Source of the DNA: an uncultured Planctomycetia bacterium
GTDB lineage: Bacteria; Omnitrophota; Gorgyraeia; CAYVEO01
Length of the DNA stretch: 64,000 nucleotides
NCBI GenBank assembly: GCA_964449965.1
Contig: CAYVEO010000006.1
Coordinates: 308 to 64,307 of the forward strand
Reading direction: 5' to 3'
A program made the position numbers and the translations under genes. The notes beneath the pieces were generated by a model. The model was not told the origin of the DNA. It did not search any database and saw only the letters and a list, made by a program, of their open reading frames with translations. How positions within the stretch are numbered: position 1 is the first letter of the stretch; each line of letters starts with the position of its first letter. Of this stretch, positions 45,482 to 54,682 are shown piece by piece.

Positions 45482-48421
45482 ATGAAAACGATTGAAACCA
45501 AAGAGAAGAAAGAGTTATTGAACAAAGAGATTGACAGACGGACATTCATAAAGGTTGGAGGCGCCACTGCTGCAGGAATAACTGCCTTTTCTAAATTCTT
45601 TACGGTCCGGAATTCAGAGGCAGCAACAGGAGAAAACGCCCCTGATACAGTCTCAGGGAGTAACGTTAAATTCAGGTTAAGTGTATGCCAGAATTGCCAC
45701 TCCCGCTGCGGAATTATGGGTAAGGTGGTAGATGGAACGTTAGTCAAGATAGACGGGAATCCATATCACCCAAACAATATGGAAGAGGACGAACGTCTTA
45801 CATTTGCTACGGCTGTAGCGACTGCAGAGGCTACACCGGGGCGGCTATGCCCCAAAGGGCATTCCGGGGTTCAGGTGCTTTATGACCCCTACAGGATTAA
45901 ACATCCACTAAAACGTGTTGGTAACCGCGGCTCTGGCAGATGGGAGGTTATATCATGGGCAACCGCCTTCAGTGAAATTGCCAGCCAGATAAGTAGTCTG
46001 ATTCCAACATCCACGAGACTGACTACCTATATAAATTCAAGTGTTCCGGAACTTGGACCTATTGCCAACCAGTTGATGTTTGCGCCGGGGCGTTCTACAG
46101 ATGGTGAGATTATTGAACGCATATTCAAGAATACGTACGGGACAACGAACTATCGTTTAGACCACACGAGTATCTGTGAGGTGAGTCACCACGTAGCAAA
46201 CGAACTTATGACATGGAATGAATCTACAAACAGCGGAAGAAAGAACCACTTCAAACCCGATTTAATCAGTGCAGAGTTCATTATACTCTTCGGCGCCAAT
46301 TATGCTGAAGCGAATTTCCCTATGTTAGCATTAGGGCGTAAACTCGCCGAATTTATAAAAGGTGGTGGGAAGTTAGCAGTAGTTGACCCTCGGTTTTCAA
46401 ATTCTGCCGCGAAGGCAGACTGGTGGGTTGCTGCAAAACCCGGAACAGATGCCGCAGTGGCATTAGGCATGGCTCACTATATTATTTCAAATTCACTCTA
46501 TAATTCTACGTATTTGACAAATGCCAACTCAGCGGCTGCAACGGCAGATAGCGAAAAGACATGGACTGATGCCGTACGTCTGGTAATTACAGCCAAATCT
46601 TCTGGCGCTCCCTCAAGTATTACGGTAGGGAAGTATCTTAGATGGGGTGATATTTATCCTGTTACTGCGGCAGGAAATACAAATAAAGTTGCATGGTCAA
46701 GCAGCACACCTGTTGAGATTGGAACATCTGCTGTTGAAGGAACGCTATTGCCTGGAGAAAAAACAATCACAATTGAAGGGACAAGTGAGACTGTTACAGT
46801 CAAAACAGTCTTTGAACTTCTTAAGGAAAAGATAGTAACAGGTAAGACAGTCGCATACTACGCTAATATCGCAGGCGTCAGCGAAACCACGCTGACAACG
46901 CTGGCTACTGAATTTACCTCTCATGGAAAGAAGTCCGTCGCTAATGCTTACCGTGGGACAGTCCAGCATACCAACGGTGTGTATAGCCAGATGTCAGTTA
47001 TGTTATTAAATACACTCATTGGAAATTATGACTGGAAAGGTGGAAATGCGGTAGGCGGTGGAGGCTATTCGTATGATTCTGGAATGAAGGGAACAGGAAT
47101 GAGTGGTATCCCAACTGGTCCAAGGATTGACAGGACAAAGGTTTCAACTACATTTTATAACACGCTCGTTACTAACTATCCGACTATCTACTCTTATCCT
47201 GCACAGCGTCCATGGTTCCCTTATGGTACGCACGGTAACTTTCAAGAGGTAATTCCGAGTATTGCAGAAGGTTACCCATATCCATGTAAGGTTCTTATTA
47301 CCTACTGGAACGCATGGCCATATTCTACGCCTGCATTAAGACAGGTTTTTGAAGCGACAGTTGCGGATACTAATAAGGTTCCTCTCTTTGTTGCAATAAG
47401 TCCTGATATGGGTGAAGTTGCTTCATGGGCAGATTATATCCTGCCTGATACGACCTATCTTGAAAAGTGGTCATTTCCAGGCATGACTCCCACAATACTT
47501 ACAAAAGCAACGTCTTTCAGGCAGCCATTGGTTGGTACTTACGATGGAAATGCATGGGATGCAGATTTCAACCCGAGTGCAACAAATGCCTACACGCCTG
47601 TTTATCCTGATACAAAGATGTTTGAAGATATACTAATCGGATTGATGAATGCACTCAGTTTAACAACAGACCTCAGTGGTAGCGCACTTCCTACAAGGGC
47701 ATGGGCGCATGTGTCAACTGGCGTAAATAACCTTGCTACATCAAGCAGTAAGACTGCGGCAGATATCGTAGCCAAAGGCGGCGCATTTGAGGACCCTGGT
47801 AATTCATACAACGGAGATTACTTGAAATCTACCTATGGCAACGAAATCAAAATTTATATTGAACAACTCCTCACTCAAATAGACAGTATGGGAGACGGGA
47901 GTGCAAAGTTTGACCCTATGCCTCATTATGAGACTATAAAAGATATAGTGGGAAATGAAGTGAGCGTTAGTTCCAGTTATCCCTACCAACTTGTCACGTA
48001 TAAACCTGTTCTTCATGCCCAGGCACGTACCCAGGCATTGCCATGGCTCACAGTATGGCAGCCGGAGAATTTTATTGAAATCAATACTCAGGATGCAGCA
48101 ACGCTCGGGATAGAGACTTATGACCAGGTGCGTGTTTCTTCTCCAAGTTATACAAGTGGGGTAATTGGACGAGCCAAGGTAACAGAGGCACTAAGACCTG
48201 GAGTAGTTGCAATTTCACATTCATTCGGACATTGGCAGTTGGGTTCAAGTCCATGGTATGAAGACAGCGTTATTCAATCATCTGATTCCACCCGGACTCT
48301 CGGTGTCCAGCCAACTGTCCTCATGCAACTTGACCCGTATTTAGGGGATGTGACCCTTCAGGACAAGATTGGCTGCAGTGCATCGTTTTATGATACGTGG
48401 GTAAAGATAGAGAAGGTATAA
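45482..48421 (+). CDS. Tat-exported Mo/W-bisPGD oxidoreductase catalytic subunit, TtrA/SrdA-like clade
   Basis: RBS ggaggg before ATG 45482; DRRTFIK Tat motif; FS0 CQNCHSRC...GNPYHP...LCPKG; DHTSICE; WADYILPDTTYLE; GHWQLGS. Confidence 0.88.
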   Translation: MKTIETKEKKELLNKEIDRRTFIKVGGATAAGITAFSKFFTVRNSEAATGENAPDTVSGSNVKFRLSVCQNCHSRCGIMGKVVDGTLVKIDGNPYHPNNMEEDERLTFATAVATAEATPGRLCPKGHSGVQVLYDPYRIKHPLKRVGNRGSGRWEVISWATAFSEIASQISSLIPTSTRLTTYINSSVPELGPIANQLMFAPGRSTDGEIIERIFKNTYGTTNYRLDHTSICEVSHHVANELMTWNESTNSGRKNHFKPDLISAEFIILFGANYAEANFPMLALGRKLAEFIKGGGKLAVVDPRFSNSAAKADWWVAAKPGTDAAVALGMAHYIISNSLYNSTYLTNANSAAATADSEKTWTDAVRLVITAKSSGAPSSITVGKYLRWGDIYPVTAAGNTNKVAWSSSTPVEIGTSAVEGTLLPGEKTITIEGTSETVTVKTVFELLKEKIVTGKTVAYYANIAGVSETTLTTLATEFTSHGKKSVANAYRGTVQHTNGVYSQMSVMLLNTLIGNYDWKGGNAVGGGGYSYDSGMKGTGMSGIPTGPRIDRTKVSTTFYNTLVTNYPTIYSYPAQRPWFPYGTHGNFQEVIPSIAEGYPYPCKVLITYWNAWPYSTPALRQVFEATVADTNKVPLFVAISPDMGEVASWADYILPDTTYLEKWSFPGMTPTILTKATSFRQPLVGTYDGNAWDADFNPSATNAYTPVYPDTKMFEDILIGLMNALSLTTDLSGSALPTRAWAHVSTGVNNLATSSSKTAADIVAKGGAFEDPGNSYNGDYLKSTYGNEIKIYIEQLLTQIDSMGDGSAKFDPMPHYETIKDIVGNEVSVSSSYPYQLVTYKPVLHAQARTQALPWLTVWQPENFIEINTQDAATLGIETYDQVRVSSPSYTSGVIGRAKVTEALRPGVVAISHSFGHWQLGSSPWYEDSVIQSSDSTRTLGVQPTVLMQLDPYLGDVTLQDKIGCSASFYDTWVKIEKV

Positions 48422-48437
48422 AAGGGAGGATTGAAAT

Positions 48438-49001
48438 ATGGCTCAACTCGGATGGAGTATAGATTTGAAAAAATGTATAGGCTGTCATGCTTGTGCTGTT
48501 GCTTGTAAGGCAGAGATGAATACTGCACCACAGACCTCGCCACTTGAGGTTGATGATGTTACTGCAGAGGCAGTAAACTACAGGCGGGTGTCATATTTAG
48601 AAAGCGGTTCTTACCCTGATGTAGCACGCACGTTCGTAACTATGTCATGCCAGCACTGTTATTATCCGTCTTGCATGAAGGCGTGTCCTGTGGGTGCAAT
48701 TACTAAACGCGCCTCTGACGGCATAGTGCTCATAGACTATGATAAATGTATAGGATGTAAGTATTGTATCTGGGCATGCCCTTATGGCGCTCCGCAGTTT
48801 AATGAGACAACTAAGAAGGTGGAAAAATGCACTTTCTGTTCCCACCGTATAGATGCAGGTTTAAAACCGGCGTGCGTTACGACATGTGCAGGGCGTGCAC
48901 TGAACTACGAGACATTTACCCAGTCAAACAGCGGGCAGAACGCACCTTCAGGATTCGCCGACCCGGACCTTACGACACCTGCGGTTCGTTTCAGCACATA
49001 A
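48438..49001 (+). CDS. Four-cluster Fe-S subunit (DmsB/TtrB/NrfC-like)
   Basis: CIGCHACAVAC, CQHC..PSC...CP, CIGCKYC...CPY, KCTFC...PACV.TC; no signal peptide. Confidence 0.93.
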   Translation: MAQLGWSIDLKKCIGCHACAVACKAEMNTAPQTSPLEVDDVTAEAVNYRRVSYLESGSYPDVARTFVTMSCQHCYYPSCMKACPVGAITKRASDGIVLIDYDKCIGCKYCIWACPYGAPQFNETTKKVEKCTFCSHRIDAGLKPACVTTCAGRALNYETFTQSNSGQNAPSGFADPDLTTPAVRFST

Positions 49002-49064
49002 ATGAATTACGTATAAAGTAGGACAGGCGTCCCGCCTGTCTATTGAATAAAGTGAGCCTAATTT

Positions 49065-49718
49065 ATGAGAGTTGAGTCTGGAATATCTTCTAACGCAGTT
49101 GCAGTCTGGCGCAGGGATGTATATGGGATTTTATCTTTTCTTTACCACCGTCAGCCTACAGATGAAGACCTGGACAGAATTTTAAGTCTTTCAAAATTTC
49201 AGGACGGAACTCCGCGTGTTTGCAACTTGTTAGGATGCTGTGCCCAGTGGGCAAAAGAAGAAAATTCCCGGGATATACGCCAGGATTTTAATGACCTCTT
49301 TATGGTGCCTGCCAGCCATTATGTAACGCCTTATGAATCAGTCTATACTGACACCTCAGTAGATGCTAAAGGACGTCCGGCTCATCTGACATTTGGTCCC
49401 TCAACACGAAAAGTTCAGGAATTTTATAAGAAGATAGGTTTACAGATATCTACAGATTACACTGAATTACCTGACTATATCGGCCTGGAGTTAGCATGTA
49501 TGGAATACCTGTGTTCAAGAGAATCAGAATTAGACTCTGGCAGTAAGGAGATACATAATGTCCGTTGTTATCAAAAACAATTTTTAACTGAACACATGAT
49601 TTGCTGGGTTTCTCATCTTTGTAAGAGAATAAAAAATAACGCACAAACCAGGTTCTACCGGGACCTGGCAGAGGCTACTGAGGAGTTTGTCATACACGAT
49701 GAACATAGATTCGGTTGA
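49065..49718 (+). CDS. TorD/DmsD-family Tat/Moco chaperone
   Basis: DFNDLF, PYESVY, ELPDYIGLEL, FL.EH..W. Confidence 0.9.
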   Translation: MRVESGISSNAVAVWRRDVYGILSFLYHRQPTDEDLDRILSLSKFQDGTPRVCNLLGCCAQWAKEENSRDIRQDFNDLFMVPASHYVTPYESVYTDTSVDAKGRPAHLTFGPSTRKVQEFYKKIGLQISTDYTELPDYIGLELACMEYLCSRESELDSGSKEIHNVRCYQKQFLTEHMICWVSHLCKRIKNNAQTRFYRDLAEATEEFVIHDEHRFG

Positions 49719-50754
49719 TAAATATTTTAATAACCAGACACTTGCTTTTGAGCCGAGACTCTGCCCTTCAGTCCGCAGCCCTAAGTCTATCTGCTACCTA
49801 TGTGTTGATAACTGTCCCTCTAAATCATTGACTTTGAAAAACCATGAGTTAGTTATTGGTGAAACCTGTCAATCTTGCGGTATATGCACATCTCTATGCC
49901 CTACAGGTGCTCTGGAATTAAAGAAGGGAAAAGAGAGTAAGGTAATTAATAGAGTAAAGACCTATTTAGATGAACAACCGGCAAAAATCGTCCGTTTCAA
50001 ATGCCATAAAGATATTAAATATGAAGATGCTGTTATTTTACCCTGTGTATATAGCCTAACCGAGAATATATTTTTAGCAGCATTCTTATATGGTGCAAAA
50101 CATCTGGAACTTAAACTTTCAAATTGTTCTAATTGTCCATCAGGTCCATCGGATTTTTCACTGAGAAAAAGTATTGCAACTGCACAATCTATACTTAACT
50201 GGCTCGGCGTTCCTAACGTAGAAATAAAAACTGTAACTAATTTTAGCGTTTGTGAGTCTGTCACTGAAAAGGGTTTCTCACCCGGTCGCCGTAATTTTCT
50301 GGCGGACATTAGAGAAGAGATGGGACACGTGATAAGCGCTGTCTTACCTCAATCCAGTGATAATTTTCATCCTCCAGGACCAAAGAGAGAACGCCTGTTA
50401 AACATTTTAAGGAAGATAACGGAAAGAATTGGACAGGATAACCATACAATCAATTACGAAGAAAATTTACCATTCACTATGGTAGATATAGATGATAATT
50501 GTCTGGGATGCAATGTCTGTTCAACCTTATGTCCTACATCTGCCTTACAAAGGACTGTAGACAAGGGCTCAGTCAGCATTAAATTCCTTACTCGTTTTTG
50601 TGTTAAGTGCGGATTATGCCATGAGGTTTGTCTACCTAAGGCTATTAAACCGAGCAAGACCCTTCCTCCTCGGACATCGATGACGTCTGATTACCATGAA
50701 TTAATCAGACTGGAAAAAGAGAAAGAGTTTTCAGTTAGACCAAAAAATGTTTGA
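49687..50754 (+). CDS. Polyferredoxin-like 4Fe-4S protein (maturation-associated)
   Basis: CYLCVDNCP, CQSCGICTSLCP, CLGCNVCSTLCP, CVKCGLCHEVC; internal RRNFL. Confidence 0.82.
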   Translation: MSYTMNIDSVDKYFNNQTLAFEPRLCPSVRSPKSICYLCVDNCPSKSLTLKNHELVIGETCQSCGICTSLCPTGALELKKGKESKVINRVKTYLDEQPAKIVRFKCHKDIKYEDAVILPCVYSLTENIFLAAFLYGAKHLELKLSNCSNCPSGPSDFSLRKSIATAQSILNWLGVPNVEIKTVTNFSVCESVTEKGFSPGRRNFLADIREEMGHVISAVLPQSSDNFHPPGPKRERLLNILRKITERIGQDNHTINYEENLPFTMVDIDDNCLGCNVCSTLCPTSALQRTVDKGSVSIKFLTRFCVKCGLCHEVCLPKAIKPSKTLPPRTSMTSDYHELIRLEKEKEFSVRPKNV

Positions 50755-50780
50755 CAATGGTTATTGACCTATGATATAAT
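50751..50780 (+). promoter_or_regulatory. Sigma70-type promoter for the moaA leader
   Basis: TTGACA-N18-TATAAT with extended TG. Confidence 0.75.
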
Positions 50781-50802
50781 TATTTTAACATAATTAAGAA
50801 TT

Positions 50803-50900
50803 TCTCCGAGCTGTTGTGCCTACGGGGTGGTAACTATGGCACCTCAGCCGATTCGGGTAGAGGACGAAAGGACTCTGCCTCCTCGTGTTTGGAAAGGAGA
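50803..50900 (+). ncRNA. Moco/Tuco riboswitch
   Basis: ctccgagc...ccta...tatgg...gcc...gggt...gaaa...gcctcc...ggaaaggag directly upstream of moaA. Confidence 0.85.
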
Positions 50901-50910
50901 CGACCAATAT

Positions 50911-50949
50911 AAAGGCTTCCTTATGCACCGATACGAGGAAGCCTTTTTT
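50911..50949 (+). terminator. Riboswitch expression-platform terminator
   Basis: aaaggcttcct...aggaagccttttt. Confidence 0.8.
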
Positions 50950-50955
50950 ATTATT

Positions 50956-51942
50956 ATGAGAGACCGTTATAATCGCCAGATAGATACGTTGAGGATTTCA
51001 GTAACTGACAGGTGTAACCTGAGGTGCACCTATTGTATGCCTGAAAAGGGTGTTATTGCAAAGGACCCTGATGAGATACTCAGTTTTGAAGAGATAGAAA
51101 AGGTAGTTCGAATAGTCGCTACACTCGGCATTACTAAAATAAAGATAACCGGCGGGGAGCCATTAGCAAGGAAGGGTATTGCTCATCTTATAGAAATGTT
51201 ATCAGGAGTTAAAGGAATTAATGACATATCCATGACCAGTAATGGTATTTCCCTTGCAAAATTTGTTAGGGATTTAAAGGATTCAGGACTCAACAGGGTT
51301 AATATTAGTTTAGATAGTCTGAATAAGGATAGATTTACCTCTATAACACGCGGGGGAGATATAAGGTATGTCTGGCAGGGTATTGAAGAGGCAATTAAGG
51401 CAGGGCTTGAGCCTGTTAAAATAAACGTGGTCATGATAAAGGGTTTTAACGATGATGAAATTGTAGATTTTGCAGGATTGACTTATAATATGCATATCCA
51501 TATAAGGTTCATAGAATTTATGCCAATGTTAAATGGTCTATTATGGGATGAGGAAAAGTTTATATCCAATGAGGACGTTAAAAAGCAGTGCGAGACATTA
51601 GGAGAACTTTTCCAGGCTGGTAAAATTCCTGGTAGCGGCCCTGCAGTCTATTATCGCCTGAAAGGTGCCAGGGGTAGCATCGGGTTTATCAGTCCTCTAT
51701 CTAATAGTTTCTGCACCAATTGTAATCGGTTGAGACTGACCTCAGATGGTAATTTGAGGTTATGCTTACACCATGAAGATAGTCTAAACTTAAAAGAGAT
51801 GTTTCGCAAAGGGTTTAGAGATGAGGAAATTAGTAAAGCAATAGAAGTGGCAATGAATACCAAGCCAAAAGGACACAATCTATGCAGTCCAACAGGTGCA
51901 TTCCATTATTCAAATGGTGCGATGTCATCCATAGGCGGGTAA
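50956..51942 (+). CDS. moaA: GTP 3',8-cyclase
   Basis: LRISVTDRCNLRCTYC, TGGEP, FIEFMP, FCTNCNRLRLTSDG...CL, C-terminal MSSIGG; true start ATG 50956. Confidence 0.97.
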   Translation: MRDRYNRQIDTLRISVTDRCNLRCTYCMPEKGVIAKDPDEILSFEEIEKVVRIVATLGITKIKITGGEPLARKGIAHLIEMLSGVKGINDISMTSNGISLAKFVRDLKDSGLNRVNISLDSLNKDRFTSITRGGDIRYVWQGIEEAIKAGLEPVKINVVMIKGFNDDEIVDFAGLTYNMHIHIRFIEFMPMLNGLLWDEEKFISNEDVKKQCETLGELFQAGKIPGSGPAVYYRLKGARGSIGFISPLSNSFCTNCNRLRLTSDGNLRLCLHHEDSLNLKEMFRKGFRDEEISKAIEVAMNTKPKGHNLCSPTGAFHYSNGAMSSIGG

Positions 51943-53117
51943 AATATTACAGATTTGATAGAACAGAACTCGCTGGTTCATTCGGGGACCTGGGGACTTT
52001 ACTGCCTCTTACGTTTGCCCTTGTTTCTATAAACGGGCTCAACCCTACTATCCTGTTTTTATTGGTAGGGATGTTTTATATATTTGCAGGGTTATATTAT
52101 CGGCTCCCCATATCTGTCCAGCCATTGAAATTGGTAGCCATCCTTGCTATATCACTGAAACTCATCCCTTCAGTAATTGCAGCATCCGGGATATTGATAG
52201 GTCTTATCCTCCTTTTCCTTGTATCTACTGGATTGATTGATAAACTCTCTAAATTATTCTGTAAATCCACTCTAAGAGGAGTCCAGTTAGGGGTAGGGCT
52301 TTTATTAATTGTAAAAGGTGCAACACTCGTTATGTCTCATGAATTGTTTTTTGATAAAACCAATTTTTCTACTGCGGCACAAGGCATGTCTGGATTCATA
52401 GGTTTAGGTATTGCATTTCTAACAATATCCCTAATTTTTCTGCTGAGAAAAAAAGACAGGTTTCCTGTTGCCTTAATAGCAGTATGTATGGGAATTATAT
52501 GTGGTCTTGTTTTGAAGGCAAAATACTCTCTGACTATCCCATCCCCATCTAATTTTAATCCTCTTCTCATCAGCCTTCCATCTCAGAAAGATTTCCTTGA
52601 TGCGTTGATACTCTTGGTAATTCCCCAGATTCCGATTACCCTTGGGAATGCAGGTTATGCAGCCAGTGACCTTGCAAAGAGATATTATGGTGAAAGGGCG
52701 TCCCGTGTTACTCCACGGAAACTTTCCGCCAGCATGGGGCTATTCAATATAATATCAGGACTCTGCGGCAGTATGCCTGTATGCCACGGTTCAGGAGGAA
52801 TTGCTGCCCATTACAGGTTCGGGGCACGGACAGGCGGGGCAAATATTATGTTAGGGGCAATATTTCTTGCAATAGCCCTGATATTCAAGGATTCGGTAAG
52901 TTACGTAATAACCCTGATTCCTGTGCCTGTGTTAGGGGTTCTGCTTTTCTTTGCAGGGATAGAGATGCTGAAATTAATCCTTGACCTTGATGGCAAGAAG
53001 GAATATTGCATAGCCATAAGTATAGCAGGCATTGCCCTCTTAACCAGTAATCTGACATTAGCCATAGCATGTGGAATCTTTACGAAGTTCATCTTGAACC
53101 GCATTTCATGGATGTAA
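51882..53117 (+). CDS. MOT1-family molybdate transporter
   Basis: ELAGSFGDLGT, P.SVQPLK, PQIPITLGNA, MPVCHGSGG.AAHYRFGARTG. Confidence 0.9.
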   Translation: MQSNRCIPLFKWCDVIHRRVKYYRFDRTELAGSFGDLGTLLPLTFALVSINGLNPTILFLLVGMFYIFAGLYYRLPISVQPLKLVAILAISLKLIPSVIAASGILIGLILLFLVSTGLIDKLSKLFCKSTLRGVQLGVGLLLIVKGATLVMSHELFFDKTNFSTAAQGMSGFIGLGIAFLTISLIFLLRKKDRFPVALIAVCMGIICGLVLKAKYSLTIPSPSNFNPLLISLPSQKDFLDALILLVIPQIPITLGNAGYAASDLAKRYYGERASRVTPRKLSASMGLFNIISGLCGSMPVCHGSGGIAAHYRFGARTGGANIMLGAIFLAIALIFKDSVSYVITLIPVPVLGVLLFFAGIEMLKLILDLDGKKEYCIAISIAGIALLTSNLTLAIACGIFTKFILNRISWM

Positions 53118-53119
53118 GT

Positions 53120-54160
53120 TCAAAAATACCTTTTTCTGAATTTTAATGCTACATTCACAAGACTTATTAAAACAGGCACCTCTACCAATGGTCCGATTAC
53201 CGCAGCAAATGCTGCCCTTGAGTTTATTCCAAAAACTGCGACTGCAACCGCAATCGCAAGTTCAAAATTGTTGCTGGCAGCTGTAAAAGAAAGCGTTGCT
53301 GTCTTTGCATAGTCCGCACCGAATTTCTTACCCATGAAAAACGAGAGCAGGAACATTACTACAAAATAAATTAAGAGAGGTATTGCTATTCTCGCTACAT
53401 CAAGAGGTATTTTTACAATGTATTCTCCTTTTAATGAAAACATGACAAGGATTGTGAATAAAAGTGCTATAAGTGTTATCGGGCTTATAGTTGGAATAAA
53501 TTTTTTATCGTACCACTCTTTGGTTTTTATTTTTACAAGCGTGAAACGGGTTATTATTCCCGCAAGAAAAGGAATGCCGAGATAAACAAATACGCTCATG
53601 GCAATTTGCCTGATAGTGATATCTACAACGGTACCTTTTAATCCGAACCAGCCCGGTAAAACTGTAATAAAAACCCATGCATACACAGAATAAAACAAAA
53701 CCTGAAAGATAGAATTAAAAGCGACCAGTCCGGCACAGTACTCTGTATCGCCGCCGGCGAGTTCGTTCCAGACAATCACCATTGCAATGCACCGTGCGAG
53801 TCCAATCATAATCAAACCAACCATATATTCAGGATAATTCACGAGGAAGATAATTGCTAAGAAAAACATCAAAACCGGACCTATTAGCCAGTTCTGGACA
53901 AGCGAAAGTACGAGGACTTTGACATCACGGAAAACGTCTCCGAGTTCCTCGTATTTCACTTTTGCGAGCGGGGGGTACATCATCAGAATCAGACCTATTG
54001 CTATGGGAATGTTTGTAGTTCCAACCTGAAATGTGTTCCAGAAACCAACAATCCCGGGATAGAAATATCCACCCAGGACGCCTGCTGCCATTGCCAGAAA
54101 AATCCACAAGGTTAAGAATCTGTCTAAAAAAGAGAGTCTTTTTACAATACCTTCTGCCAT
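53120..54160 (-). CDS. acr3: Arsenite efflux permease Acr3
   Basis: [47 protein letters not shown]. Confidence 0.96.
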   Translation of the reverse strand: MAEGIVKRLSFLDRFLTLWIFLAMAAGVLGGYFYPGIVGFWNTFQVGTTNIPIAIGLILMMYPPLAKVKYEELGDVFRDVKVLVLSLVQNWLIGPVLMFFLAIIFLVNYPEYMVGLIMIGLARCIAMVIVWNELAGGDTEYCAGLVAFNSIFQVLFYSVYAWVFITVLPGWFGLKGTVVDITIRQIAMSVFVYLGIPFLAGIITRFTLVKIKTKEWYDKKFIPTISPITLIALLFTILVMFSLKGEYIVKIPLDVARIAIPLLIYFVVMFLLSFFMGKKFGADYAKTATLSFTAASNNFELAIAVAVAVFGINSRAAFAAVIGPLVEVPVLISLVNVALKFRKRYF

Positions 54161-54166
54161 TTTATA

Positions 54167-54523
54167 TTACTTTCCCGAACATAATTTTTCTAACGGCTGA
54201 GCAAGACACTTTTTCATACTGGTTAAGTCTTTTCTAAATAAATCGTACCTTTTTGTGAAGTATTCTCTCAAATATTTATGGATGGATTTTTCAAGTTCAT
54301 TCCTGGGTTTAGATAAGGAATAGAATATCCATAAGCCTTTTCGCCTGTCCTGCACAAGCCCTGCATTCTTCAGTACGGTCAGATGGCGCGATACCATTGC
54401 CTGCGAAAACCCTAAAACCCATTGAATCTGGCAGACACAAAGTTCTTTCCTTGATAATAAAACCGTTATGCGAAGCCGTGTTTCATCAGACAATGCCTTA
54501 AATAAATTCAATTCTTCTTTCAT
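54167..54523 (-). CDS. arsR: ArsR-family repressor
   Basis: FKALSDETRLRI...ELCVCQI...VSRHL; upstream of acr3. Confidence 0.93.
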   Translation of the reverse strand: MKEELNLFKALSDETRLRITVLLSRKELCVCQIQWVLGFSQAMVSRHLTVLKNAGLVQDRRKGLWIFYSLSKPRNELEKSIHKYLREYFTKRYDLFRKDLTSMKKCLAQPLEKLCSGK

Positions 54524-54682
54524 TAGCTGCCTCCAATATATAACTATAAGCGATTATACATATATAGTAACATATATTTAATTTTTGTCAAGGTTTTTTA
54601 ATTATACGATATTTCTTCTTGACTTATTATTTTATCATGTTATAATAACCTTACTAAAATTACATATAATAATGGTTGGAAT

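Noticed and set aside
45482-48421. Calling the molybdoenzyme arrA or ttrA outright
   Set aside because: The active-site segment DHTSICEVSHH matches neither ArrA (HSxICAE) nor enteric TtrA (HGAYCG) as I recall them; the substrate cannot be fixed without phylogeny.
45680-48510. CQNCH in the molybdoenzyme and CIGCH in the Fe-S subunit as heme sites
   Set aside because: Both are parts of Fe-S motifs (CxxCxxxC and CxxCxxCxxxC); excluded from the heme count.
50827-50955. 43-aa N-terminal extension of MoaA in the ORF track
   Set aside because: It overlaps the Moco riboswitch and terminator; MoaA homology starts at ATG 50956.
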